Source: an uncultured Alphaproteobacteria bacterium (lineage in GTDB: Bacteria > Pseudomonadota > Alphaproteobacteria > Rs-D84). Taken from it: a stretch of DNA of 62,207 nucleotides. Below the pieces are notes generated by a model, which searched no databases, had not been told where the DNA came from, and saw only the letters and a program-made list of their open reading frames with translations. Below are positions 26,800 through 34,919 of this stretch, one piece after another. The translations under genes and the position numbers were made by a program. The stretch is from positions 1 through 62,207 of the forward strand of contig CALXLO010000004.1 in assembly GCA_944389235.1 (NCBI GenBank), in the 5' to 3' direction. Each line of letters starts with the position of its first letter. Position 1 is the stretch's first letter.

Positions 26800-27542
26800 C
26801 AAAATCAAAACAGGTTGTTCGTAAACAATTAAAACAGGTTAAATCTGATTCGCGTGCAAATCGCTTGTTGCGTTTTTTTCATGCCACTGGTTTGTTTCGT
26901 TGGGAACGCCCCAGTACACATGGTGAAGAAGTGTTAAATATTTTGACACATGGTATCGGTGTTGGATTGGCAATTGCGGCGCTGACGCTGTTGGTTGTAT
27001 TTGCAGCGTTGGCACATAATCCCTGGGCGGTTGTATCATGTGCAATTTTTGGCGCAACGATGATAATGCTGTATTTTGGGTCAACAATGTGTCATGCAAC
27101 AATTGGACGGCGCGGTGAAAGTTTTTTTGAAGTATGGGACAGCGTTGCCATATATGCACTGATTGCCGGTACATACACGCCGTTTTTATTGGTTAATTTG
27201 CGCGGAGGATTGGGATGGACTGTATTTGGCATATTGTGGGCGATTGTAATTTTTGGCGCGATTATGAAAATGCGGCATCCAAAGCAACAGCCAAAATGGA
27301 TTGTTGCATTATATCTGGTTATGGGGTGGACATTGCTGTTTATATTGCCGGCAATGTTGCATAATATACCGCCGCGTGGGTTATGGTTTATATTGGCGGG
27401 CGGATTGTCTTATTCATTTGGGGTAATATTTTATTTGTGGCGGCGTATGAAATTTTCGCATGCAATATGGCACTTGTTTGTAATCGGGGGCAGTGTGTGT
27501 TTCTTTTTCGCAGTGCTGTTTGGATGTATAATTGATTTTTAA
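26796..27542 (+). CDS. hemolysin III / PAQR family membrane protein
   Basis: 7-TM protein with motifs EEVLNILTHGIG and a C-terminal HAIWHLFV. ATGA overlap with the gltX stop. Confidence 0.85.
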   Translation: MTKSKQVVRKQLKQVKSDSRANRLLRFFHATGLFRWERPSTHGEEVLNILTHGIGVGLAIAALTLLVVFAALAHNPWAVVSCAIFGATMIMLYFGSTMCHATIGRRGESFFEVWDSVAIYALIAGTYTPFLLVNLRGGLGWTVFGILWAIVIFGAIMKMRHPKQQPKWIVALYLVMGWTLLFILPAMLHNIPPRGLWFILAGGLSYSFGVIFYLWRRMKFSHAIWHLFVIGGSVCFFFAVLFGCIIDF

Positions 27543-27566
27543 TCTTTTGGATATTCTGAATTGATG

Positions 27567-27597
27567 CCCCGTGGCGTGTCCATGGGGTGTTTTTTTT
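27567..27597 (+). terminator. Rho-independent terminator after the hlyIII-family gene
   Basis: Hairpin ccccgtgg-cgtgt-ccatgggg followed by tg-tttttttt. Confidence 0.75.
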
Positions 27598-27600
27598 AAC

Positions 27601-27634
27601 TTGCGCGAATCGTTTTTTATGAATTAAAATTCAT
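27601..27634 (+). promoter_or_regulatory. possible promoter plus a perfect 7-bp inverted repeat upstream of RNA copy 2
   Basis: TTGCGC, 18 nt, then TAAAAT (27625-27630), ending 6 nt before the P0 hairpin. The palindrome atgaatt-aa-aattcat (27619-27634) overlaps the -10. Confidence 0.35.
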
Positions 27635-27636
27635 TT

Positions 27637-27812
27637 GACGGCGGGGATTTTCGTCGTTGGGCCTAACTAACCCGTATCTATCGGTGTCAGAAATGACATT
27701 AAACAACCAGCCTGTGGGCAGGCTGGGGTGGTGTGAATATATTGAATAAACACCGCAATTTCCGATAGAATTGTTAGTTAGCCTCCAGCCACCAAAATAT
27801 TTTGGTGGTTTT
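27637..27812 (+). ncRNA. structured RNA, copy 2 (same unassigned class as 20358-20533)
   Basis: Same length and same P0-P5 architecture, with a GAAA tetraloop on P3. Terminator is ccaccaaaatattttggtgg-tttt. It ends 32 nt upstream of ATG 27845. Confidence 0.6.
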
Positions 27813-27844
27813 ATTTAGTTTGATAACAAATTAGGTTGGCCGAT

Positions 27845-28774
27845 ATGCAATTAAGAAAATTTATCGTAAATATGTTATGTCTGTTTATACCAAACAAAAA
27901 AATCAGACATAAATTGCGCGACAGTTTTTGTAGACCGCGCGTTAGTAAACAAAAATATATAAACATAAAGCAACAATGGAAACAGCACGGAAACGGGGAA
28001 AAATTACTGCCAGCACGGTTTGAAAAATATGACTTGGTCTTTGGTATTGGTGCAATGTGTCATGTCAGAACATATCTGGATATTTTCAAATTGGCACGAT
28101 TTACAACACCGTTTGATTGGACTGCGGGGGCATGGCCATGTAATTTTGATAAAATTCCCGGTATCGGGCGTGACAGCAGATTCCGAGAAAAAATAGAATG
28201 TCTGTATAATGATTTTAATGGATATTATAATCCAGAAGATATGCGTATAGTAAATTTAGCGGTGGCACCAGGAATTGCACATCAACATATTGTAAATATT
28301 AAAACAGGGATTTTTATACCGCATATATTTCCATTTGATGTCAGTATGGAACAATATATGCCAACATTTCGTGAAACAATAAAGCGACGCGCAGATAGAT
28401 TAATTAATGCGATAAAACAGTCGGATAAAATATTGATTGTTTGGATGAATCATGTTTTTGATTACAGAACAATTCATGATTTACCGGTTCCTGATATAGA
28501 TATAATAAACGCTGTTAAGCGGTTAAATAAAAAATTTGCAGGCAAGCAGATAGACTTTGTATTTTTTGAACACGACGGGACTAAAGATAAGTTTGAGTAT
28601 GAAAAACAAGAAGTTGCGCCAGGTGCATACCGTATTTTATCAAATCATTTTTTCTTGGCTTCAGAATATGGATATAAATATAAATTGCCAAGTACACCGT
28701 TCTTTATTCCATCATTATGTATTGCCGAAGCGTTGGATAATATCAGTCTGACTGGGAAAAAGGTTGTCGATTAA
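27845..28774 (+). CDS. DUF1796-like (putative papain-like cysteine peptidase fold) protein, paralogue 1
   Basis: YDLVFGIGAMCHVRTYL...TPFDWT...HIFPFD matches the DUF1796 LGxxC / PFDW / H pattern. N-terminal LRKFIVNMLCLFIPNKKIRHKLR amphipathic motif. Start taken at ATG 27845 by analogy with paralogue 2. Confidence 0.6.
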   Translation: MQLRKFIVNMLCLFIPNKKIRHKLRDSFCRPRVSKQKYINIKQQWKQHGNGEKLLPARFEKYDLVFGIGAMCHVRTYLDIFKLARFTTPFDWTAGAWPCNFDKIPGIGRDSRFREKIECLYNDFNGYYNPEDMRIVNLAVAPGIAHQHIVNIKTGIFIPHIFPFDVSMEQYMPTFRETIKRRADRLINAIKQSDKILIVWMNHVFDYRTIHDLPVPDIDIINAVKRLNKKFAGKQIDFVFFEHDGTKDKFEYEKQEVAPGAYRILSNHFFLASEYGYKYKLPSTPFFIPSLCIAEALDNISLTGKKVVD

Positions 28775-29817
28775 GATTGTTGACATTTTTATTGTTTGAT
28801 GTTAGGAATATTTTGCTAGATTATGTATGAAAGGTAAACAATGAAATTAAGAAAATTTATTGCAAATTTAGTTTGTGTTTTTATACCAACAAGAAAAATT
28901 AGACACAGTGTTCGGTATTCTTTATCTGGACAGAAAAAACGCGATGCAGCAAAGAAAGAATTGGAAAAACAGGCTTATTTGAAACTGAAACAAGAATGGT
29001 TAAAGCACACAGGTGGTCAAAAATTACTGCCAGCACGGTTTGAAAAATATGACTTGGTCTTTGGTATTGGCGCAAATTGCCAAGTTAGAAGGTATTTAGA
29101 TATTTATAAATTAACACAATTTTCAACACCACTGGATTGGACAAATGGCTTACCACCATTGAATTATAAACAAAGTGCTGATTTATATAGAGATACCAAA
29201 TTCAAAGAAAAAATAAATTTTGTATGTAATAATTTTGCCGGATATTACGAGTCACAAGATATGCGACTGTGGGCTGATGATATAGTTTTAGGGCAGATAC
29301 ATCATCAAGTTGTAAATATAAAAACACAAATTACTTTTAGACATATATTTCCAATAGACATCAGTATGGAACAATTCTTGCCACAGTTTTGTGATATAAT
29401 GGCGCGGCGCGCAAAAAGATTAACCAATGCAATAGAAAATTCGGATAAAATATTAATTGTCTGGATGCATCGTGTTTTTGACCATCGTGATTGGGCAGAC
29501 AAACCTGTGCCGGACCAAGATATAAAGAATGCAGTGAAAAAATTAAACAAAAGATTCCCAGGTAAAAAATTTGATTTAGTATTTTTTGAACATGACGGAT
29601 ATAAAGATAAGTTTGAGTATGAAAAACAAGAAGTTGCGCCGGGTGCATACCGTATTTTATCAAATCATTGGTGCACCGCATCAGAATATGGTTATAAATA
29701 TACTTTCTTGAATCTTCCATTTTATACACCATCATTATGCATTGCCGAAGCGTTGGATAATATCAGTTTGACTGGGAAAAAGGTTGTCGATTAAGATTGT
29801 TGACATTTTATAATGTT
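27999..29817 (+). repeat. tandem gene duplication in a 1020-bp register with mosaic identity
   Basis: 27999-28050 equals 29019-29070 (52/52 nt). 28559-28797 is almost identical to 29579-29817, including 20 nt past the stop codon. The interior has diverged strongly. Confidence 0.85.
28841..29794 (+). CDS. DUF1796-like protein, paralogue 2
   Basis: Same architecture: MKLRKFIANLVCVFIPTRKIRHSVR; VFGIGANCQVRRYL; TPLDWT; RHIFPID. The C-terminal ~75 aa are nearly identical to paralogue 1. Confidence 0.6.
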   Translation: MKLRKFIANLVCVFIPTRKIRHSVRYSLSGQKKRDAAKKELEKQAYLKLKQEWLKHTGGQKLLPARFEKYDLVFGIGANCQVRRYLDIYKLTQFSTPLDWTNGLPPLNYKQSADLYRDTKFKEKINFVCNNFAGYYESQDMRLWADDIVLGQIHHQVVNIKTQITFRHIFPIDISMEQFLPQFCDIMARRAKRLTNAIENSDKILIVWMHRVFDHRDWADKPVPDQDIKNAVKKLNKRFPGKKFDLVFFEHDGYKDKFEYEKQEVAPGAYRILSNHWCTASEYGYKYTFLNLPFYTPSLCIAEALDNISLTGKKVVD

Positions 29818-29989
29818 AGTATTATTATTCATGTTATCATGATTAAGTTTAATTGTTTGTTTTTTACAACTGTTATAACAACAACCCCTGCGGGGGTCTA
29901 GGATATATTTATGTTTGCGGTTTGCCGCGTTCAATGTAATAATATAAAACAATTCAACAAAAACAAAAAACAGACAAAGGACTGTTATT

Positions 29990-31723
29990 ATGTCTTATCC
30001 TATTGAAACGATACGCCATTCTTTGGCACATGTTATGGCAGCTGCGGTGCAAAAATTGTACCCAGATGTGAAATTTGCTGGTGGTCCCGCCATAGAAAAC
30101 GGGTTTTATTATGACTTTGATACAGAACATCGGTTTTCCGAAGAAGACTTTGCAAAAATAGAAAAAGAAATGCGCGATTTGATTAAATCAAATGGTAGAT
30201 TTGAACAACGCAATGTGTCGCTGGATGAAGCCAAGCAGATTTTTGCGGGTCAGCCATATAAAATGGAATGGCTGAATGAATATGATGCCGCAGGCGAAGC
30301 GTTATCGATTTATACTTTCCGCGATTTTGTGGATTTATGCCGCGGGCCGCATGTGGAATCATCCAAAGATTTACCGCGTGACGCGTTCAAAATTCGTACT
30401 GTTGCCGGTGCATACTGGAAAGGGGATGCAAAAAATAAAATGCTGCAACGCATTTATGTTGATGCGTTCGCAACCAAAGAAGAACTGGATGAATTTTTGA
30501 AAATGCAGGCCGAAGCCGCCGCCCGTGATAATCGTAAATTGGGCAAAGAAATGGACTTGTTCCATTTTGAACCAGACTATGCGCCGGGCGCAGTGTTTTG
30601 GCATGATAAAGGGTACAAAATTTATCGTAAATTAATTGAATATATCCGTCATCGTCAAGAACGCGCCGGGTATTTAGAAATTTCTACGCCGTCGGTTATG
30701 GACCGTTCGTTGTGGGAACGCAGTGGCCACTGGGCAAAATATGGCGAACACAATTATTCCGGTAAAACACAAGATGGCAAGACTTTCTGCGTGAAACCTA
30801 TGTCGTGCCCAGGGGGAATGCTGGTATTCGGTCAGGGGATTAAATCATACAAAGACTTGCCGTTGTATCTGGCCGAATTTGGCAAGGTTTGTCGCTATGA
30901 AGCCGCAGGCGGCTTGTCTGGTCTGATGCGTGTGCGCGAATTTACCCAAGATGATGCGCATATATTCTGCACCGAAGAACAACTGGAAACCGAAGTTGTA
31001 AAAATATTGCGCTTTATCAAAGATATTTATGGCAAGTTTGGTTTTGACAAGATTTCTATGAAATTGGCAACCAGAAAAGAATCAGAATTTCGTATCGGGT
31101 CTGATGAAATATGGGACAAAGCCGAAGGTGCATTAAAGCATGCGCTGGATGCAAATGGTATCGAATACGAAATTGCACCTGGGGATGCTGCATTTTATGG
31201 ACCAAAAATTGATAACTATCTGAAAGATTCTATGGGGCGCGTGTGGCAGTGTGGTACCGTGCAATTGGATATGAATCTGCCGGAACGGTTCGATTTGTCT
31301 TATATCGGTGAAGACGGTGAAAAACATCGTCCGATTATGCTGCATCGTGCAATGCTGGGGTCTATTGAACGGTTTATGGGAATATTGCTGGAATCAACAG
31401 GTGGTAATTTGCCGTTGTGGTTAAGCCCAGAACCAGTGGTCATAACCTCGATTTCTGAAAAGTATCGCGAATATGCGGTCGAAATAGTTGATAAATTACG
31501 CAATGTTGGCGTGTATGCCCGGGCAGATTTGCGTGATGAAAAGGTTAACTATAAAATCCGTGAATTGTCATTGGCAAAAACGCCTATTATCGCGGTCGTC
31601 GGTGAAAAAGAAATGGCAGACCAGACGATTACTTTGCGACATCTGGGTGTGGAACAGCAAGAAAATGTGCCGTTGGCAGATTTTGTCGCTAAAATGGCAG
31701 ATGCGGTAAAGTTGCCAGATTAG
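29990..31723 (+). CDS. thrS: threonine--tRNA ligase lacking the N-terminal TGS domain
   Basis: 577 aa. It starts directly at the editing domain (IRHSLAHVMAAAV). Class II catalytic core (RDNRKLGKEMDLFHF, FRVREFTQDDAHIF) and an anticodon-binding domain are present. Confidence 0.9.
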   Translation: MSYPIETIRHSLAHVMAAAVQKLYPDVKFAGGPAIENGFYYDFDTEHRFSEEDFAKIEKEMRDLIKSNGRFEQRNVSLDEAKQIFAGQPYKMEWLNEYDAAGEALSIYTFRDFVDLCRGPHVESSKDLPRDAFKIRTVAGAYWKGDAKNKMLQRIYVDAFATKEELDEFLKMQAEAAARDNRKLGKEMDLFHFEPDYAPGAVFWHDKGYKIYRKLIEYIRHRQERAGYLEISTPSVMDRSLWERSGHWAKYGEHNYSGKTQDGKTFCVKPMSCPGGMLVFGQGIKSYKDLPLYLAEFGKVCRYEAAGGLSGLMRVREFTQDDAHIFCTEEQLETEVVKILRFIKDIYGKFGFDKISMKLATRKESEFRIGSDEIWDKAEGALKHALDANGIEYEIAPGDAAFYGPKIDNYLKDSMGRVWQCGTVQLDMNLPERFDLSYIGEDGEKHRPIMLHRAMLGSIERFMGILLESTGGNLPLWLSPEPVVITSISEKYREYAVEIVDKLRNVGVYARADLRDEKVNYKIRELSLAKTPIIAVVGEKEMADQTITLRHLGVEQQENVPLADFVAKMADAVKLPD

Positions 31724-31783
31724 TATAAAAATATGGCGCAGAACTTTCTGCGCCATATAATATATATCAAAGGAAAGGGGGAC

Positions 31784-31930
31784 ATGCTGATGAAAAAAAT
31801 ATTATTAATCTTGGTGGCGATTATGCCAATTATGCTGGGCGCATGCGCAACAACATGCGAAACAGAACCAATCATAGAAGAAAATCATAAATTAATAGTG
31901 CCGCCAAATTTCGGACAAATGCCAGAATAA
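31784..31930 (+). CDS. small lipoprotein
   Basis: MLMKKILLILVAIMPIMLGAC has a lipobox (LGAC). SD is AGGGGGA. 48 aa. Confidence 0.6.
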   Translation: MLMKKILLILVAIMPIMLGACATTCETEPIIEENHKLIVPPNFGQMPE

Positions 31931-32006
31931 ATTATTGTATTATTCTTTGTTAAATGTGGATTTTTGTGATATAATAAGTGCTGAACAAAGCCATAGGGGA
32001 AACCTG

Positions 32007-32804
32007 ATGAATAACAATGACGACAATTTAGATTTATTGGATTTGAACGACGATACTGATACATTGGACGACAGTCTGCCTGATGCGGCACCGTTTACAA
32101 ATCCGCGTCCACGGCGGCCATGGTTGTTGCTGGCGCTGGGGGCGGTGATAATCATATTGGCGATATATATTATTTTCCGCACAATCAGTGATGATTCTTC
32201 GTCGTCTATGCAGGTTGATTTAGATGCCCCAGCAATAGTAATAGAAGGCGAAGGTGGTATGCCAGTTGATGTTAATCCGGCACCTGTGCCAACAACTGTG
32301 GCACCACAGCCGGTACATGTTCAACTGCAACCAGCACCGGCACCACAGCCTGTGGCACAACCGCAACCACAAAATACAACGCCTGGTGTGCCTGTTCGTG
32401 TTATAGAAGATAGACAAGAAGTAAAATTTAATCCAGATGCGGTGCAGGCGGCACCGGCACCAAAACCTGTGGCACAACCGCAACCGGCACCAAAACCAGC
32501 CGCCCAGCCGAAACAACAGCCGCGTCGCGCCGCCCAGACGGCACAAAATGCGCCACGCAACAGTGGTTGGTATGTACAGTTCGGTTCGTACAGTACGCGT
32601 GCATTGGCAGAATCGGGACAACGGCAATTGCAAAATGGGCATCGTAATTTGTTTTCTAACCAGCAATTTGTCATATTGGCGGCGGTGCTGCCAAATGGGT
32701 CAACAACATACAGATTGCGTATAGCGTTTGATTCGTCTGCAAATGCAAATGCGTTTTGTCGTAATGCAAAGTCTGATGGCGTTGATTGCTATGTAACAAA
32801 ATAA
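32007..32804 (+). CDS. SPOR-domain (septal peptidoglycan-binding) protein
   Basis: Acidic N-terminus, one TM segment, a P/A/Q-rich linker and a C-terminal SPOR domain (GWYVQFGSYSTRALAESGQRQL...YRLRIAF). Start at MNNNDD with SD AGGGGA. Confidence 0.8.
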   Translation: MNNNDDNLDLLDLNDDTDTLDDSLPDAAPFTNPRPRRPWLLLALGAVIIILAIYIIFRTISDDSSSSMQVDLDAPAIVIEGEGGMPVDVNPAPVPTTVAPQPVHVQLQPAPAPQPVAQPQPQNTTPGVPVRVIEDRQEVKFNPDAVQAAPAPKPVAQPQPAPKPAAQPKQQPRRAAQTAQNAPRNSGWYVQFGSYSTRALAESGQRQLQNGHRNLFSNQQFVILAAVLPNGSTTYRLRIAFDSSANANAFCRNAKSDGVDCYVTK

Positions 32805-32826
32805 ATAATCAAAAGGGGTTTAATAA

Positions 32827-33078
32827 ATGTTTGGGCGATTTGGTTGGGCCGAAATACTGGTTATTGTTGTATTGGTGCTGATTTTGTTCGGGCATAATAA
32901 AATCCCGGGCATGATGAAAAATTTGGCAGATGGGTTAAATGTATTCAAACGGGAAATAAAAAATAATAAATCCGGTAAAAACGCAAAAGAAAAATCTGAA
33001 AAAGATGCGAAAAAGCCGGTAAAAGCCGGGGCACGCCCGACAAAAAAAACCGCCAAAAAAACGGCGATGAAAAAATAA
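32827..33078 (+). CDS. tatA: twin-arginine translocase subunit TatA/E
   Basis: MFGRFGWAEILVIVVLVLILFGHNKIPGMMKNLADG followed by a basic tail. Confidence 0.9.
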   Translation: MFGRFGWAEILVIVVLVLILFGHNKIPGMMKNLADGLNVFKREIKNNKSGKNAKEKSEKDAKKPVKAGARPTKKTAKKTAMKK

Positions 33079-33102
33079 AAAATTCAAATTTTTTTGCATA
33101 TC

Positions 33103-33129
33103 ATGCGTGGCGTATGCCACGCATTTTTT
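33103..33129 (+). terminator. Rho-independent terminator after tatA
   Basis: Hairpin atgcgtggc-gtat-gccacgcat followed by tttttt. Confidence 0.75.
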
Positions 33130-33295
33130 GTATGCTTGCGTATATAATGTATCGCTGGATATCGTTGTCAGTGTCGGGAATTTATCTGAATGGATAGAAT
33201 ACGAAAATCGTAATATAAATGACCAGATTAATGATGCTATGCCAGGGGTGGATGTATGGGGAATTGGCACTGAAACAACAACAGGTGTTCAGTAA

Positions 33296-34040
33296 ATGAA
33301 ATTTATATATGCGTTCTTGTTTATTGTGGCTTGTATAAAATCCGCGTTTGCAGCAGGAATCGATGATTTAGATTTAGGTAATAATCCATACTTGCCGATA
33401 TATCAAAAGACCGATTCGTTGGTGATTATTAATACATACGATAAGCTTATAGAGCTGGAATACAAATATAATTTGTCATATTCGCGTGGGCAGTCGTTTG
33501 CGAACAGGATGCTGGGGGCGGCAGCAATTGGGGCGGGCGGTATCGGGGGGGATGATGCTGGTATCTGGACTGGCTGAATCTGCGGCGGATGCCGCGGCTG
33601 AACGCGATATGGCGGCGTATATAGCAACATTTAGGTGTGATTATGGTAATGGTAAAAACATAAACGGTGGTGAAAAGGGCATAATATTACCAGGTGCAAA
33701 TAATTTATTAGCATTGCGAACAGAATATATAAGCCTGGCATCAGATATAAAGACCCGAAAAGAAAGTCTGGGATTGCCGCCTGGGATAGAAACAGAAGTG
33801 ATACAAAATGCTGCGGCCAGCGGTTTATATGATAATGCAAATGGTCAGATAACTAATCTGGTAAATACATCGATATATCGTGCATTAACGGCAGAAGCGG
33901 GCGAAGATTCATCTGCATTGGCGATAAAACGGTCGGCGATAACAGAGCAAATTAAGACCGGTGGGATTATACTTGGGTCTGGTGTCGTTGGTGGCGCAGT
34001 TGGTAATTTGATTATAAACGCAGGTGATAACCCAGATTAA
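33296..34040 (+). pseudogene. glycine-zipper surface or membrane protein gene interrupted by a frameshift at a G7 tract (phase-variable, pseudogene or sequencing error)
   Basis: ORF 33296-33577 (signal peptide MKFIYAFLFIVACIKSAFA) and ORF 33486-34040 join into one 247-codon frame if the G7 run at 33545-33551 is G6. Confidence 0.6.
33545..33551 (+). repeat. poly-G (G7) homopolymer at the frameshift point
   Basis: atc ggggggg atg. It lies inside the Gly-Gly codons of a glycine-zipper segment. Confidence 0.9.
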
Positions 34041-34093
34041 ATAAAATGCGCGCCGTCTGGCGCGCAATTATTATAAATAACGAATCGGATATA

Positions 34094-34522
34094 TTATTTC
34101 CGTTTTTCATATTCTTCTTGTTCTTCGACCGTCATTGTTGCCAATGGACGCGCCATCATACGGGACAGACCAATTTCTGCACCAGATACAATGCTGTATC
34201 CGTATGTTCCGTTTTCAATGCGTTCCAATGCTGCGTTGATTTTCTTTAATAAATTATTATCGCGTTCTGACATACGCAGATTCATTGTTATTTCTTGTTC
34301 CAAAGACGCATTATCTGTTTCGTCGCCAACGCCGTCTGATTCTGTTTTATCAGCCAGACGCACCGCGCTAAGCACAGAATTAGATTCGTGCATCAGTTCG
34401 TCTTTTTGTGCCTGTAATAATTGATAAAAATATGCCAATTGTTCTGGACACATATATGGTTCAGATTTTTTCGGGACATATTTTGCAGGCAATTCAATGT
34501 TTTTATATTTTTGTGCTGACAT
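34094..34522 (-). CDS. dksA: RNA polymerase-binding factor DksA with all four zinc-finger cysteines replaced
   Basis: Coiled-coil tip DETDNAS. The C-terminal YGYSIVSGAEIGLSRMMARPLATMTVEEQ aligns to E. coli [28 protein letters not shown]. Start at MSAQKY. Confidence 0.85.
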   Translation of the reverse strand: MSAQKYKNIELPAKYVPKKSEPYMCPEQLAYFYQLLQAQKDELMHESNSVLSAVRLADKTESDGVGDETDNASLEQEITMNLRMSERDNNLLKKINAALERIENGTYGYSIVSGAEIGLSRMMARPLATMTVEEQEEYEKRK

Positions 34523-34524
34523 TT

Positions 34525-34845
34525 TTAAGAGCCTTTTAGTTCGCCTATCCAATTCATCAGGGTTTCTTGGTCCATCAGACCTGTTCGTGCCTCTATTAAT
34601 TCGCCGTTGCGAAATGCTAACACGCTGGGGATACTGCGAATCCCGAATCGCGCAGGCGTGCGACGGTTTGTTTCATCTATTTCAAATTTGATAAATTTGA
34701 CATCAGGTACTGCGTCAGATGTTTGCTCAAATATCGGGCCAAACATACGACATGGTCCGCACCAAGGTGCCCAGAAGTCAACAAGTGCCACACCGGAACC
34801 CAGCATGCTGTCAAATGTTGCATCGTTTGCATGTTCCAAAGACAT
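34525..34845 (-). CDS. trxA: thioredoxin
   Basis: WAPWCGPCR active site. 106 aa. Strong SD GAAGGAGGAAAAG ahead of the ATG at 34845. Confidence 0.95.
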   Translation of the reverse strand: MSLEHANDATFDSMLGSGVALVDFWAPWCGPCRMFGPIFEQTSDAVPDVKFIKFEIDETNRRTPARFGIRSIPSVLAFRNGELIEARTGLMDQETLMNWIGELKGS

Positions 34846-34919
34846 CTTTTCCTCCTTCGTGGTTGATATTTTCAACGAGTGTATTATAATCCCCATAAAA
34901 AGCAAGCAGAAAACATAAA

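Noticed and set aside
20358-27812. Assigning the two structured RNAs to a known class (T-box, cobalamin, c-di-GMP-I/II, ykkC/guanidine, yybP-ykoY, lysine, M-box, 6S, SRP, tmRNA) or treating them as MITE/REP repeats.
   Set aside because: None of the conserved core sequences I remember for those classes is present. Two copies argue against 6S, SRP or tmRNA. Low primary identity with fully compensated helices argues against a recently spread repeat. This rests on memory only and needs cmscan.
32220-32560. Repeated cctgtggcacaaccgcaacc units and long antisense ORFs in this stretch.
   Set aside because: This is the low-complexity Pro/Ala/Gln-rich linker (APQPVAQPQP...) of the SPOR-domain protein. 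It is neither a CRISPR or tandem-repeat locus nor an overlapping gene.
33107-33295. A 62-aa ORF ending exactly at the start codon of the glycine-zipper gene.
   Set aside because: It begins inside the tatA terminator hairpin, has no SD and shows no protein-like features. It is most likely the untranslated leader of the 33296 gene.
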